Notes: generated by a model not told the origin, from the letters alone. DNA of 56,253 nucleotides, filler included, from Sphacelaria rigidula (GCA_964200075.2; 6 parts of 6 records of this genome joined end to end with filler, not necessarily neighbours in it); one strand, 5' to 3'; positions 11,273-25,445 are shown, numbered from the whole stretch's first letter. Program-made: numbers and translations.

Positions 11273-12991
11273 GAGCGACTATTCGGAGACCACAGAGCTC
11301 CAAGCTCCATGCGAGAAGGGCAAGGTCGGTGGGACGATCGACGAGGGGAGCACACAATAGCATAGTTCTGGTGGACGATTCTTGTGTCTTGATGCATCAA
11401 CTACGCACCAGCTCCCAGAGACTAGCACGACTGTTTGGGCGCGATCGCGGTCTGTTTGCCCGGCCCATTTCAACAATGGCACAGCGATATGACTAGTAAA
11501 TGTTGTCCATGCGGAGGGGGCGGTGCAGACTGCATGTTGCGATCAAATTCATATCATACGATGATGCTACAGCGCAGCAGAGCTCCGCCCGCTGATTGCG
11601 AAGAACCGCACCCCCAGTAAAACCACGTTAGTGTCGCTGGTACGTTGAAAAAAACTCTCGGATTGATCCCATGTTATGCGATGACAAGTACTGCGACTTG
11701 AAGTATTGTAGCGGCTTGCCTGCGCGTCGCACGCCAAAATTGTGCGGAACATGGGGTCGCATCATGATATCGAGCTACTCTCAGACCTAGGATGCCTTGT
11801 ATGGTGCAAACTTCGAAGAACTAGCTACTGCAGTTGGCTGAGAGTCGACGGCCCGGTACGACCCGGTTTCCGTACATTGTAACGACGCGTGCGTCGTGCT
11901 CGCCGCGATTTTTCTTCGTCGAACCGGTCTATTAGTGCTAGTATTATATGCGAGCGCCAAAAATGCGGCATCCCGCGGGCACTTCGCTCTTCAAGCGGTG
12001 CAAAAGACGGAAATCAGCAGAACGATGTATGCCATGACTACACCCAATTATAGGTTAAACGTTCACTAAGTAGAGCAGCAGCTTGCGTAGGACGCATACT
12101 CGTAGCCGTTCTAGGCGAGACCGATTTTTCAATACCATATTCTGGCGACTTTTCCAGCCGCTCCCTGTGTTTTCCTGCGTTCTGTTCGATATACTATGTC
12201 AAAAATATGAAAGTAGGAGGGAGTCGCCGTTTCCCAGTTTTGCTGACGGTGTTCGATGAGGAAATTCCCGCTCCCGGTTTGATTTCACGAAATACATGCC
12301 GACACCATGTTCCTGCACATGGTTTGGAGAATCAATGGGGATGCCTTGAAAAACGCGGGGAAATACGGTAGGTGTAGGCAACGAGATGATGAAAAACGAG
12401 ATCGTGTTGTGCCAAACCAATGAAGCGACGCGGTGTACCAAGGATATACCGAGTACCATAGTACAAACAGATCGAAGGGCGTCTGGATCGTTTGTCCTAC
12501 GGCTACCTATTGTGTCGAATCAATCGACATCCCCATCCATCTACACCCCAAACGACGTCGAAACGCCATTGCCGCGCCCTGACCCGTTTTCTTCCACTCC
12601 CCTGGTCCGTCCGTCCGTCTGTCCGTCGAGCGTGCACACACGAACTTCTCTGCAGGCAAACATTCGCTGCCGACAATTTATTGTATCCCAGTTCGCCGCC
12701 AACCCGATGGCTCGTTGCTTCTGCTACTGTGATGGAAATAATGAGAACGGACATCATCAACCCCTCGAACCAGCTAGCATGTACGTGGACAAGCCATCGC
12801 TCATGTACATGCCGGCCGGTACAACAAACTGGTAGCTTTCCCTATTGATAGCCCACCCTTGCATACGCGGGGACAGGTATTCAGAGAGAAGGCGATCGAC
12901 TGAGAAAAACGTCTCTGGGTATCTTCGTGTCCTGGCATTTCGTTGTGTGGGCGTCTTGCTGAGAGAGAATTCAACAACATCCATATTTTAC

Positions 12992-13545
12992 TGCCGTATC
13001 AGGCAGCCTATTCCTCGACTACATTCCTTGCCTCCCTACCCTCACCCATCCCCCCCCATAACCCGACCCAACACCCACTCACGCCCGCTCCGCGTACTGT
13101 GCACTACGGTATACACGCGTAAATCGCGCGAGTCTTTCGACCATATCCGCGCAAATCTTTCGACCGTACCTAACCAGAGAATCTTCATTTCTCGGTCCGC
13201 GTTCTGTGTACTTCGATATACTTGCGTGGATCGCGCAAGTCTTCGAGAAATCAACAAGAACCACATCCGCCGCCGTATCAGGCAGTCTGTTCCTCGACTA
13301 CATTCCTTGCCCCCCTACCCTCACCCATCCCCCTCATAGCCCGACCCAACACCCACCCATCCCCGCTCCGCGTACTGTGTACTACGGTATACTCGCGTGT
13401 ATCGCGCGATTCTTTCGACCGTATCCGCGTGAATCTTTCGACCGTATCCGCGTGAATCTTTCGACCGTACCTAACAAGAGAATCTTCGTTTCTCGGACCG
13501 TGTACTGTGTACTTCGATATACTTGCGTGGATCGCGCAAATCTTT
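12992..13545 (+). repeat. Tandem duplication of about 280 bp with internal (GAATCTTTCGACCGTATCCGC)-like subrepeats
   Basis: Units start at ~12992 and ~13271 (GCCGTATCAGGCAG.CT.TTCCTCGACTACATTCCTTGC). A degenerate third unit runs to ~13660. Confidence 0.85.
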
Positions 13546-16031
13546 CTTCGACTCTACCTGACCAGTCATTATTCATTCACAGGCCCAACCAACACCCACC
13601 CAGCCGCGGTTCGCTCGCCGTGTACTCTGGTCCTTGCGCGAATTGCGCGAATCTTTTCACTGCACAAGACGCTCTCCATCGACCCAACCCTCGATACACG
13701 AAGCTTCACGATACCCCAAGCGCAGCAGCATCTCCTATCAGCCACTGTCTGCAACGACCCCCTTTAGGCCGCCTTTCAGTCGCAGTTTGGTCATCGACAG
13801 CAGCATAGGCGCACAGCCAACTCTTGCCGCCGCGCTCGCCCTGGGTGATCGAGATACAAAACAAAAACTGGCTCTCCGACCCCAAACAAGTAGCAAGGCC
13901 CACGCTGTCGACGACAACAGCCACGAACTCACACGCGAAGCTAGTCTCTACCGACAGCACTGCTTGTCGTACATGCCGTGCTTACATTGTTGTGAGCATA
14001 CGGCTCCGAGGTGCTGTTGTACGGTCTTTACAACGATACAAACTCACTCCCGAAAAGAAGCGACACCTGGCCAGCACTTGGGGCACTACAGTTGTAGTGC
14101 TGCCGTCAAATGACATTCTCACTAGTGCACCGACAACACCATGTCCAAAGCAACAGTACCCGAATCGAAATTGTCTAGCACCACCGACATCCGTTCACGA
14201 GGGAAGGCGTGCTCAGCCAAGTGGCTTTCCTCCTCCCGCCCCTCACGCTCCACGTCCGCATACCGTCCAACCGCGTGCGAAGCCTTGACTTTACCACACT
14301 CCAGGGTATTGACCCTCACGACCAACGACAACGAAACTGCCCGCACCCACACGACAGTACCTGTCACTCTGCTGCGGACGTTCCAGGAAGAGTGTGAGCG
14401 AGACTGCTCCTTATACTTGTACGTATCGACTGCATCGTTCAGTTTCCAGCAAAGCAACACCGCATCCCCGAGAACCACGTGCATGTCTACGTCTACGTCT
14501 ATCCCTGTGTGCGGTCGCAGCAAGGCTTGAACATCTCACGACCGGAAGAGCTCCAGATGTCCTCAACAAACAATCGAAAAATGAAAAACCGAGCACAGGG
14601 ATAACCCAATAACGCTTCCATCGTAAGAGCACCGGAGGCGGGGGAAGGAACGAGGAACCTCGATACCATTTACACCAAAACGGCGGGAGATCTTTCGATG
14701 GCGCCAAGTACGGAGTTGTAGCCACCTCAAAGAAAAAAACGAACCTACGTCAACATGACGGCGGAGGTGCTCACTAGCAAATCAAAGACGTCGCTTGCCT
14801 AAAAAACGCGTGTGTACCCTTACGCCTCGCACTGAAACCGCTCATAGCAAGGCGCAAGCAAGTCAGTACAGCAAACGAGGCAGTCGTCCCCTGGAACGAC
14901 GGGAAAGAAAAACCAACACACAAACAAAACTATAGTGCCGGTATATAGGACATGAAGATATGCGCTAGGAGCTGCACGATACTGCCGCAGCTTGCCCAGC
15001 ACCGGAAACGTCCCCCCAAGTCTTGAATGGTGCAAAGTGTTCTAGGGCTCCCGTATGATCGACACGGACAAATCAAATCTCCAACAGCCACGCAAGCGAT
15101 CATATTTGCGTCCTGGCGAAAAACGAAAGAATGTCTGTAGGAGACAAAAACGGCCGTTAGAGCAAGCATAGAGTAGCTGAGACCGTATATCGGGCTTCCT
15201 GCCAAGCCCACCTTACAGCTCTGCAACAGCTACAACTTCACTCATTAGGCAAAGTACAGGAACCCGTCATGACCCACACCAAACTATGCACAACATACCA
15301 ACACGGTGCCAAACGTGGTCTGTGCACGCCTTGCCGCGGGGTTTATCCGTTTCTCGTTCAAGCCTGAACTTCTGTGTGGAGCCATCCGCAAGACAAAATG
15401 GTTTTGGCAGAACAGCGTTCAAGAAAAAACGACAAAATGTGCCCAGCTGGTCGAAGATCATGCAGCCGACGCCTGTTTGGTGACAGGCAAAGGTCGAGTC
15501 TGCCAGCGTGTGTTCCCCTACCCATTGCATCCGCCTCAGGGCTGCTGACGTGTGGCGCGTCGCTGGCCCTGCCTGTCTCTCCTAGAGATGGACGAGGCGT
15601 GAGCATTTGGGGGGGAACGACGGAAGAGGCAGGCAGGCCATATGACCATCGTCGACTCGCAGGTATCTGTAGCAACTATCGTGTGCCCAAGAACAAGAGG
15701 CATGCACTGTGCGTACCCAAATAAACCCATGGGCACCTCCATGGCTATGAACGGGACAAAAACAAAGCAGGTGCGCCGTGTGTCTGTGTCTGCAGAGGGC
15801 TCAAGCGGCATGGGAGACGACGGAGATCCGTCTCCATAAGCGTACATGGATGCACATGCAGTGGTATCCTCGTGTCCTAGCGAACAGTTCTGTATCACAT
15901 GCAGCATCCTTGGCGGAGCAAGATACCACAATGAAGTCGCAAAACACACACCAAGGTCAAGCAAAAGTCAAGACAAACTTCCCAGAGTGGTCCAAAGAAC
16001 CGTGATGAGCTACTACAGTATCTCCCAATTC

Positions 16032-18540
16032 TCACCTCCTCCGACCCAGGGTCACCCTGCCTCCCCTATCACGCGGTTGGGGGCTGTTCGCGTGCCTCCT
16101 CATGTGCGGGATCGACGCCCGCACGACAGGTAGCCACCGGGTAATGCGAGCCCATAGGGCGCACGTCGCCACGGCAAGCTCCAACGAAAGCACGACCATG
16201 GCAATGGGCATGCTCACACGAAGCAACGCCTCTAGCGCAGCAACCCATCGGTGGTCGGGCATGCTCACACCAAGCAACTCCTCTAGCGCAGCAGCCCGTC
16301 GGTGGTCGAACGGGTATTCCTCTAGAGAGACGATGCGGATCAGACGCCGCGAGTGCCCCATCACACCGGTCGCATCCTCGTCGTCGTACACAAACCCGAT
16401 GGCCGTCACGGTCACGGTCACCAGTACGAGCCAGCCTAGGGTCAAGGCCACCATACCTATGGCGTCCAGCTTGTGCACGATACGTATCGGCCCCGCAAGG
16501 TCTGGCCGAGCACACACGGCGTACGTGGTCATGGTGCTCACATAGGCAAAGACCAATGTGAGCGCGAGGTGCAACGCAAACATCACTACAGGACCCAGAT
16601 CGCCCCACCCGAGGGATTCCGCGTTCCACACGATACGACAGGCGTGTGTCACATCGTCGACCAGCGGGGTGATGGTGACCAGAGAGTACGCTGATGCCAC
16701 TGCGAGGGAGATGAGCTTCTCCTCGCTCCACGCGCTGTCGTCGGCTAAGCGCCCTAGGAAACGGCCAGGGAAGCACACGACGCACACTGTACTAACCCAG
16801 TGCTTCGCCGCCCGACAAGCACGGACGACGGACCGCATCCTAGCCAGCTCTCGCAGAGCTCGGCCACCGCAAATGATGCCGTGTCCTACGCGGACGAGCA
16901 GCGCCAACGTGAACTCCCACGCGAACCACACCAATGTACGGAGCATGGGGCAGACATGGACGACGCAGACCACGACAGATGTAATCGCTACTACCACGTG
17001 GACAACCAAAAGGCCGATATAACAGAGTGCCTGGAGGATGTAGGGACAAGTATACGGGCAGGCGGAGAGCAGAGGGAGTCGTGATCGTTTGCGGGCACAA
17101 ACACAGCAGCTGCTGGTGACGAATGTGCGCCCCTCCAACAGGGTGAAAGAGCGGGGGGAGGGGGGTTACCGCTACGCAGCAGCAGGGAGGGAGAGTTGGA
17201 CTTGAGGAGCAAAAGCACCAACGCCGGTTTTGATCTATACGAACACCTTTCGAAAATGGTGACGGATTGCTGACACGTTTCGATGACAAAATATGGTGAG
17301 GGCATGTGATACCTGCCTCAAGAACACGAGTAAACAAAGTGCGCTTGGTTCTACCTTGTCTGCCTCATCACCAACAGACTTGCACAAATACCTCGATACA
17401 AAAACAGCGCGAATGGTCTCAGACACAAGCAAGACTCCCCCCATTGCTATAGACTTCTCCCACTGAAACATGCGCCCTTCGGCCGCACTCGCGCCATTCC
17501 GCTGTTGAATTTCAAGCTGAAAATGAGCGTTACACTGCGGCCGACCTTTGTTTCAGGACACCGTGCATACAACGTTACACGCCTTCAACGTACGTAGCGA
17601 CATGCAGTGCAGCAGAAGCCCACCCACCTCCCATTGGTCGTGAAGCTGGAGGTATTTCTCCTCCAAAACCAGGTACTCGTACTGGAGTTCCAGGGTTTTC
17701 CGCTCCAGGGTGGCCCTGTCGTTCTCGACGAAACGTAGGCCATCCTCCGCAACGGCCAACTGCTCGGTGAGGTGGCCGATGCTCGCGTCAGCAGCAGACA
17801 GTTCGGCCCTGAGAATGTCTCCGTTGTCAATGGCTGCGCGCAGCTGTTCGCGAGCGTGCCGCAAGTTCGCCTTCTCTTCGTTGAAGGCAGTCTCTTGCGC
17901 GGTGTGCTGTGCGAGTGCGGCACTTGCGCTAGCGGACACCACGTTGGCCGCCTCTTTTACGCCCTGCACCGACTCGCGGCATCGTTGCAAGTCGAACTTC
18001 TCCTTCGTCATGGCCTTCTTTGCGGCCACCTGGAGCATGTTTAGCGCCAACAAGGAAGCAGTGCAGATTCAAATCATGACGAAATCGAACAATGTTGCGT
18101 GGTTTGACATGCAAATCGAGACGAAACAGGGCGGTGCGCCGGCAAACCCACTGCTGAGTGTTCACCCCTTCGGGTCTTTGTTCTCAGAGTCTTCCAGTAG
18201 ACTGCCGTTCTCGGGGTCTCTAGTGTTGCCGTACACGCAAGTGCCGTGATCTGCTGGGCGTGGAGGGCGGACGAGGTCGAGCGCAAGCACATGAACTCCC
18301 CACGCATACAACTCACCCGTGCCGTCTCCTCGAGGTCGAAGGCGATCAGAGGATGGACACACTCGATGCCCGTTTTCTGCGGCAGCTCCTGGTTTTCCCC
18401 GCCACCAACCCAGTCGTCGGCTTCGACCCCCGTCATTTTTTTCCCCTCACCCTCTCCTCCGACATTGGACCGGTTCGTCTCAGTGGAGCAGGAGGACCAA
18501 GACAGCAACCTTCGCAGAAACCCTTCGCCCCTGCACCCTC
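16032..18540 (-). CDS. Hypothetical spliced protein: coiled-coil region followed by a multi-pass membrane region
   Basis: Phase-0 compatible GT-AG exons ~18540-18317, 18250-18152, 18029-17628 (heptad-rich AAKKAMTKEKFDLQR...LEEKYLQLHDQWE), 17462-17313 and 17030-16032 (several hydrophobic segments, plus a 17-aa tandem repeat at 16207-16308). The 5' end is uncertain and I recognise no family. Confidence 0.5.
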
Positions 18541-18686
18541 TGCAGAGGGCGGCATAGACAGCCCGCCGGGGAAGAAGAGTAGGCAGCCGAGGGCAAACGG
18601 AGGCAAGGCTAGTGTCTTGGTCTGTGCGCAGCGCATCACACAGCATGGAGCACGACAAAACAAACAAGCACACTCTCGGAAAAAAC

Positions 18687-18786
18687 NNNNNNNNNNNNNN
18701 NNNNNNNNNNNNNNNNNNNNNNNNNNNNNNTTAATTAATTAANNNNNNNNNNNNNNNNNNNNNNNNNNNNNNNNNNNNNNNNNNNN
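18687..18786. other. Artificial contig linker
   Basis: Same 100-nt linker. Confidence 0.97.
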
Positions 18787-18872
18787 CCGGGGCGCCCCGC
18801 CCCCAAAGGGATGTGGTGGCAATGGGCACCCCACCAAGGACAGCCAACAATGGGTCCCCCCCCCCCCCCCCC
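18787..18872 (+). mobile_element. Degenerate short copy (family B) of the C-tract repeat end module
   Basis: AAAGGGATG.GGTGGCAATGGGCA...AAGG...ACAATGGGTC-(C)n matches the reverse complement of 39540-39604. Confidence 0.5.
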
Positions 18873-18906
18873 AGCTCCGACTGATCCCCCGTACACTCAA
18901 TCTCAG

Positions 18907-21900
18907 GTTCTGCCGCAAACACCAGGCACGGGCTGGCACCGACCCGAAGACTGTGCAGTCGCTCTCAAGGGGCACGATTCACCGCCGCTACCGCCATCCG
19001 CAGTATCCTTGGCGTCCGCCCTCACACAATTCAGCCTTTGTGAGGTATGCCGTTCGAGCATAGAGGAAGTGGGTGGTCGCGCGACTGTAACCTGGATTCA
19101 CACGAAGATCCCAACTTTGATCGCTGCACGAAGTAAGTCACTTCTGGTCCCTCCCCTTTGTTCACGTCTCCGCGTTCTCAGGAACATATCCGAATCTGAA
19201 CTCAAATCTGTTGGGTTCGTCTCGTTACCGGACAGCTGTAGTAATGCCCTGTCTTTACCTGGATCGCAAGCCGTTTTCATCCTCTCACATGCGGCCTTTC
19301 TCAGCATCGAGGACTTCGCGGAAACCACTCTGTGACATCCAGAGCAAAATGCAAAATACATCGATTAACCCTCACTATACGTGCCCTTGATCTCCGCTTC
19401 GTGAAACACCAGGTTCTCGGCTCTCTGAGACTTGAGCAAGAAACCGATGGCAGGTTCGCGTTTATAGGATATCGCGATCAGAAAAAAGAGGGTTTGCGTG
19501 GCAGAGATAGGGACGCATTCCGCTGTCTGCTGGAAGTGGCGTGGGATATGGCTGCAGGTGGAGTCTTCGTGAGGCGGTTCGGCATGGAGAGCGACAAGAA
19601 GTTTCCGCGGTAAGCAACGATAGTTCAAAGCCAAAACACTCTCTCCATCTTCTACATGTACCGGTAGGTATGCCCAGCATTCTGGTTATAGTCAAGCAGG
19701 TTGGGGTTGGGTCAGGGCTTCGTTCAAAAGATGCGGTTGTGGTCAAATTCCGTTCCACTTGCTTCATTGTTTCTTGTAAACCGAACGTTTGCGTCTAGCC
19801 AACCATAAACCGGTAAACTCGTTTAAGCTCGTGAATCTGACAAATTCGATAAATGTTAATTTTGCAGAACAGCTCCGGTATCGATCGAACACAGGGGGAA
19901 AAGATAGAAGCGTGGCCCCCGGGGGGTGAGTGGGTAGGGTATCGTTGCCTACACTGAGTTTTGTTTCTCGTTTTTGATTTTCGTTTACTCGGTGTCTCGG
20001 GTCTGCCTCCTTCCTCTATATTAACCCTTTCGCGAGTTATATCCAGCGGGCTCGTCCTTATTGTTCACCTCGAGTACGTCTAGCCCGTGACCATGACCGG
20101 ATCCCTCGGAGATCGGTGATGATGCGGTAATCAACGAATCAATTGACCAATCGATAAGTTTATCATGAAATTCTACAGGCTAGCACTTTCTCCATTCCAA
20201 TTTCACCTCGACATCACCATAGTACAGTATATGAAGCGAACTCTGCACATGGCCGTTCAACATGATTTCCCACCCCGTTGTAGGTTGAAGTTACGAGCAT
20301 TGGGCGTTCGCGGCTTTTCTATCGCTCAGCTCCCAGTCACACTGGAAGACATCGACGCCGTGTGGGAACGAGCGGACGCCGTGAAGTCATCCGAAGCGTC
20401 AGATCGGAGCCATGACGAAGGCGAAACAGGTTCTGCTTCGGACGAAGGAATTCTAAGCGACGACGCCGGATCTTCTCTCCACGGGTCGACGGCGCTGTCG
20501 TCGACACTCCCTACCGAGATTCGTTCAGATGGACCTACCGCACGTTCCGGTTCGCGTGACGTCGTCGACTCAACAGCTTCAGGGTCGACGCCGCCAGAAG
20601 AAAACGGATACAGGCAAAAAAACCAGGGCACCGGTAGCCGCACGTCTGATGGGGGCGATTGGCCAAATTCCGAACCTTTCGGTGAGGTTGACAGATCCCA
20701 GGCAGGGACCAACGCAGCCGAGGTTCTCTCCTCGGCACCTGCCGATCCCCCCGCAATCGATTGCTCAACTCCCGGAGACGAACCCGCAGGCGGTGGGAGT
20801 ACTAACGCTAACGATTCCAGCCTGACGGTCGTCGTCCCCCCAGCGCGAGTGCAAGGGCGAGATTGCGCGGGCGACGGGGGTAAGGTAGGAATTAGATCGG
20901 TGCGACAGGCAGACGCGGGTAACGTCGGGGTTGATACAACAGCCGCACAACGAAGTCGAGGACACTTGTCCCCTTTGCAGAAGATTGACGACAGGGGTGG
21001 TGACGCCGTCGAAGGTGACGACTTCTCGGGAGGTGTGGAAGCCGGAAACGAAGACACCAGCGGTGCCGACGGAAGTGTGTGTCGTACTCGCAACAAGAGC
21101 ATGCAGGGTATGACGGGAGAAGAATCTACTGTAGCTGAAAATGACTCAACGGAAAGTTCGAAGGCCAGAGGCGGGGAAGAAGTCGCTGGCAAACTTTCTT
21201 TGTCAGCAACCTCACGCCGCGAGGGAGGGATTACCACAGGCGATGGGACAGCTTCGGATAATTTGGACGAGACGGTGCCGGTCGTGGCACGCGACGAAGA
21301 GAACGGACCAGAAGAAATCTCAAGAGACAGTCCGGTGGGGGATAGGGTGGAAAATGGCAAAATGAGAGTACGCGAGACCGTTGCAGTATCAGATGCCGCA
21401 AAATCGTCCGACAAAGTCACACCGCTTCCCACAGCAACTGCAATCGACGGCACCACTGTTAGCAGTGACGTTGATGCTGCAGCAGTGGTTGACCCTGTTG
21501 CAAAGAGTGGCAAAGGTATTTATGTCCAGAATACGCTTCTAGGAAGGGGGTCTGAGCTGTCTCGAGATGGCGAAGACGTCGACACTTCAGCTGATGGTCG
21601 AAACTCCACAATTTCGTCAGCGAAAAAGAACAGGGTTGGAATTACGCCTGCTGCAGGCGACGCCGAGCAACCTGCGGCTGGCGAGTACGATCTCCTCGCA
21701 GATATTACAAACGATCAGTTGGAACTCATGCCCCACCGTGCCGTGAATCAAGCACCTGAAGTGCTAGAAACACCTTGCACCCTACCCGCCGAGAGGCAAC
21801 GGGAAGATCAGACGAGGTATGGCGACGCCTGCAGGGGCACACCGGCTGGACATGGCACAATGAGACGTCGGGAGGGAGAAAAGCACGATCATTTAACTTC

Positions 21901-24287
21901 TAGTTCTGGCTCCAACTATCAGCAAGTAGACGATACTGCAGTAACTACAGGTGCTAGAGGGGGCGACCAAAGAGAACGGAAAGGTGATGAAGCCGTCTAT
22001 GTGACCGCGATGGCTGAGAACGCAAGGAACACAGCGGGAAACGATGATATCGAAGCGCACCATAGTAGTTTTCACCAGCCAGCGGACTTTCCCGTAGACG
22101 AAATTGCCCACGTCATCGAGGAGGCTCCTGCCACCAGTTGTCCGGACGTTTGTAGGATCCCTCGTTTCTTTGAAGCCTCAGTCGTGCTCCTTACGGCCAA
22201 GGCGGACGAGCAAGACATCAAGTGCGTCGTTGAGTGCGGAATCGAGACGACTCGTGGAATTAATCCCTCCAAAGGTGTGGCACTATCTCCGGAAACTCTA
22301 GACATCCCCGAGACCAATGGGCGTATAGACAGCGCAACCACGGTGAAGCACCAGGCGCCGAGCAGTTGTTGGCGGGGCGCATACTGCGTTTACAAATTTT
22401 ACGCGCAAGAGGTCCTGTCGCCTTCAAAGGTCGATTTAGAGGATGACGACGCCCAAGATCGTCTGGAGAACCTCCTCCAGACTTTCGACCTGAGCTTGGA
22501 AGATGTGCTCGGACGTTTCCCCGTGGGAACAGACTTAGCTCGCAGTAGCGCTGTGATCGACGCTTTCACCGAGAGCATCTACCATCTGCAGCGCTCGTGT
22601 GAATCCAGCGCCAGTGGAACGGCAGAAGACAAACCATTCAATAGGACTAGAAGCATCCGAACGGCAGTGGAAATAGCCCTGCTTGGCACACCAGAATGGG
22701 TGGAGGTACACGTCGCCGTCGAAAACGGTCGCGTTCTCGAGGTCAACATCGTCAAGAAGTCAGAAGCCGGTGAGTAGGGCACGGGCCACAGGTACGTACT
22801 TGGATTCAAAGTACCGGGGAAAAACTTGCCAATATTTGGCACCGACGACGTTTTTTAAGACCGTTTCTGGCGACAACCCCCCCCCCCCCGACGATTTTAG
22901 CCCAACGGGATGAAATGGTGGTGTTATTTACATACGATTCATGTCACGGTAGGTGTTACACATTTGGGCCCGGATGTTTCTCACTGAGGGTCTCCTACAG
23001 TTGGAGCGACACAAGAATATGGGTAAGGACATTCCTGCTTTAGAACAAGTTCGATCCTATTGGAAAGCTAATCGTGGCGTGCTCCCACATATTTCATAAC
23101 TCATTTCTTGGATGTGATAAAGGTTTCCTAGAACTCCAAGCCTGATAAATGTTTTTGCGTGCCCCTACCGTGGCGTGACCCATCCGGTGTCGCTGATATT
23201 ATTTGCCACGTTGGTGCGTGTCAAACAAACGTGCAAGTTTTACATCGCTTCCATCGAATCTCTGTCTTGACCAGGCGATGCGGTTCTTGCGAGTATAGCC
23301 TGCACGGAATCAAATCCATCGCGAGAGGAACTAAGGGATCATGTTTTAGCCAGCGGAGCACCCATGTCCGCAGTGGACGTTCTTCAGCGAGCAGGACTAT
23401 TAGATAGCGGAGTGGTCGGCCTTTCGTGTGTGTTTGCACAACTGGCCGAAGGGGCAAAAAATCAACGACCCGAGTGCACTGACGCGCATGACGTAGTGAA
23501 TGGGAAAATACCAGGGGTGTATCCCGGGAAGAAGCAGGTTTGCTTGGACGTCGATGGTGTGCTCGAAACATTCGAGGTTAAGGTCAGAGTAGAGGGGGCA
23601 GCGGCCAGCCTGGATGTACAACTCCACCGCAGTATCTCAGCCGCAAACATGAAGAAAGTCGCTGGTATGCGGATTTCATGCATACAGGAGTGCGCGGACA
23701 GACGGGAAGTACAACTCTCGAGGTCCAACTCGGCATTGACGCCAGTGCATTCCGCATTGCCTGAAAAAATGACCATCGATTCTAGTCGTGAAGGACTTGA
23801 TGATGCAAGCATAAACGATAGACAAGCAAATTCAGACAACGTGGGTACTGCGACAAGCGGGGTGGCTGATGAGAATGAGCTGCACGTGGGTAGCATAGTC
23901 GAGGCGCGTTTCAGAGGCAAGGGTGACTGGTTCCGTGGTGTCGTCACAGAGGTGCATCACCACAAAAACGGGAAGGCAACAGTTCATCCTACCATCGACA
24001 TTGAATATGACGATGGGGATATTGAGAAAATGATACCGCGCGTGCGGGTGAGACTTCCGGGCCAAAAGCAGCCCAGGTTGCTAAACGAGGGAGATGAGGT
24101 GGAAGTGAAGCGGGGCAAGCGGATAGGGTTGGCGACCATTGTTTGCAGATGTACAAGCGAGGAGGGACGATACGACTTGAGGCTGCTGGATAAATCCGAC
24201 GCTGTTATCGAAAGAGTGCCTAGAAGTGCTATCATGGCCTTGCACAACTGGCCACCTCCAAAGGCAAAGCTTCCCGGAGACAGATGA
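18907..24287 (+). CDS. 3' part of a large protein with a low-complexity linker and C-terminal Tudor/Agenet-like domain(s)
   Basis: Phase-consistent exons 18907-19044, 19343-19609, 20284-22769 and 23275-24287 (stop). The last exon has LHVGSIVEARFRGKGDWFRGVVTEV...IDIEYDDGDIEKMIPRVRVR and a second, weaker barrel LNEGDEVEVKRG. Confidence 0.8.
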
Positions 24288-25364
24288 CATATGAAGTTTG
24301 TTGACGTTTTAGGTACAGATCACAGTGCCGGGGGAAAGTACGCTGCAATGATGCTTGCAGTATTATTTTATCCTCATAGATAGAACTGTGATGTGCCCAG
24401 AAATAAATTTCGGGGCATCGCGAGCACCGTCTAGACGCGCGGCCGGGAGTGGTCGCAAACGTCCAAATAAAGAAATAAGAACCAATACATTCCCAATTTG
24501 AGTTCGCATTCAGGGGAAAGCCTCGCGGGGGAAGGGAAGCTTCATGTGATTTGGTGTGCGGTTGTGGGGAAGGTTAGAGAGTACCTTGTGTGTCATAGTA
24601 TATCATCGCGAGCAGCACAAGACCATGCCGGTTTAAAGTTCCCGAGAATCGTCCGAAGTGTTGACACACGAGTGTTGGTAGTTAGAGCAAAGGGTACATG
24701 GAGAGACCTGGACAAACAGGCTTCGTGGCACGCATACGGCTATGTATTTGATGGATGCGGGAAGATTAATGTGTGATGTATACTGAAAATCCCAATTTCA
24801 CGAAGTGAATTTGGTTTCTGCGCCGAGTGAAAAATCGACTTACCGGTTTTTTTCGACTCGATTTTTGCGACTTCATTTTCGCGACTCGATTTTTTAGACT
24901 TTTTTCGCTAGATTTGTCAAGGGCAAAACCCCTGTTGATTTCGTTTTTTGGGGAAAAGCTTTGTCGAACAAGAACCAAACGCATCTTGCTTCAAGGGGCA
25001 CCTGGACACACAGCAGTTGATGCTGCTTACCTAGTATCATCCTCCAAATCGAAGACTTGAGTGAGAGCGCCCAGCGTAGAGCTGCTTGACGCGACCACTG
25101 CGTTCTATTACGGACCCTTCCCCACGTACCCGACAAGGGAGCAACATCCCCGTACAGACAATAGCAATGCTAGCGGATCCTATGTCCTGACTGTCTGGCA
25201 ACCGACAAGGTGGTTATGTTAGTGTCTTTCTAGCGATATCAACTTACAGCGCACTGGTGTAGACTTTGCAGGTGAATATTTCGGCGATTGCCTCACCCGC
25301 AGTTCGCCCAGATGTTGCGGATTTTTTTCACGATCTCACCGAGTAATATTACATATATTTTTAC

Positions 25365-25445
25365 ATGTGGAAATGTACCAGACCCTGCATTATAAGTGGA
25401 ATTGTCCCAGACCCTGCATTATATGTGGAAATGTACCAGACCATG
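25365..25445 (+). repeat. 29-bp minisatellite, about 3 copies
   Basis: ATGTGGAAATGTACCAGACCCTGCATTAT repeated. Confidence 0.8.

Noticed and set aside
12845-13808. Long ORFs (164 and 200 aa) over the tandem repeat
   Set aside because: They arise from the stop-poor repeat, and frames differ between units.
20326-21513. 395-aa minus-strand ORF
   Set aside because: It is the antisense shadow of the large plus-strand exon: Ser/Pro-rich with no independent signal.
25365-25445. 29-bp direct repeats as a possible CRISPR array
   Set aside because: The repeats are contiguous with no unique spacers, the context is eukaryotic, and there are no cas genes.
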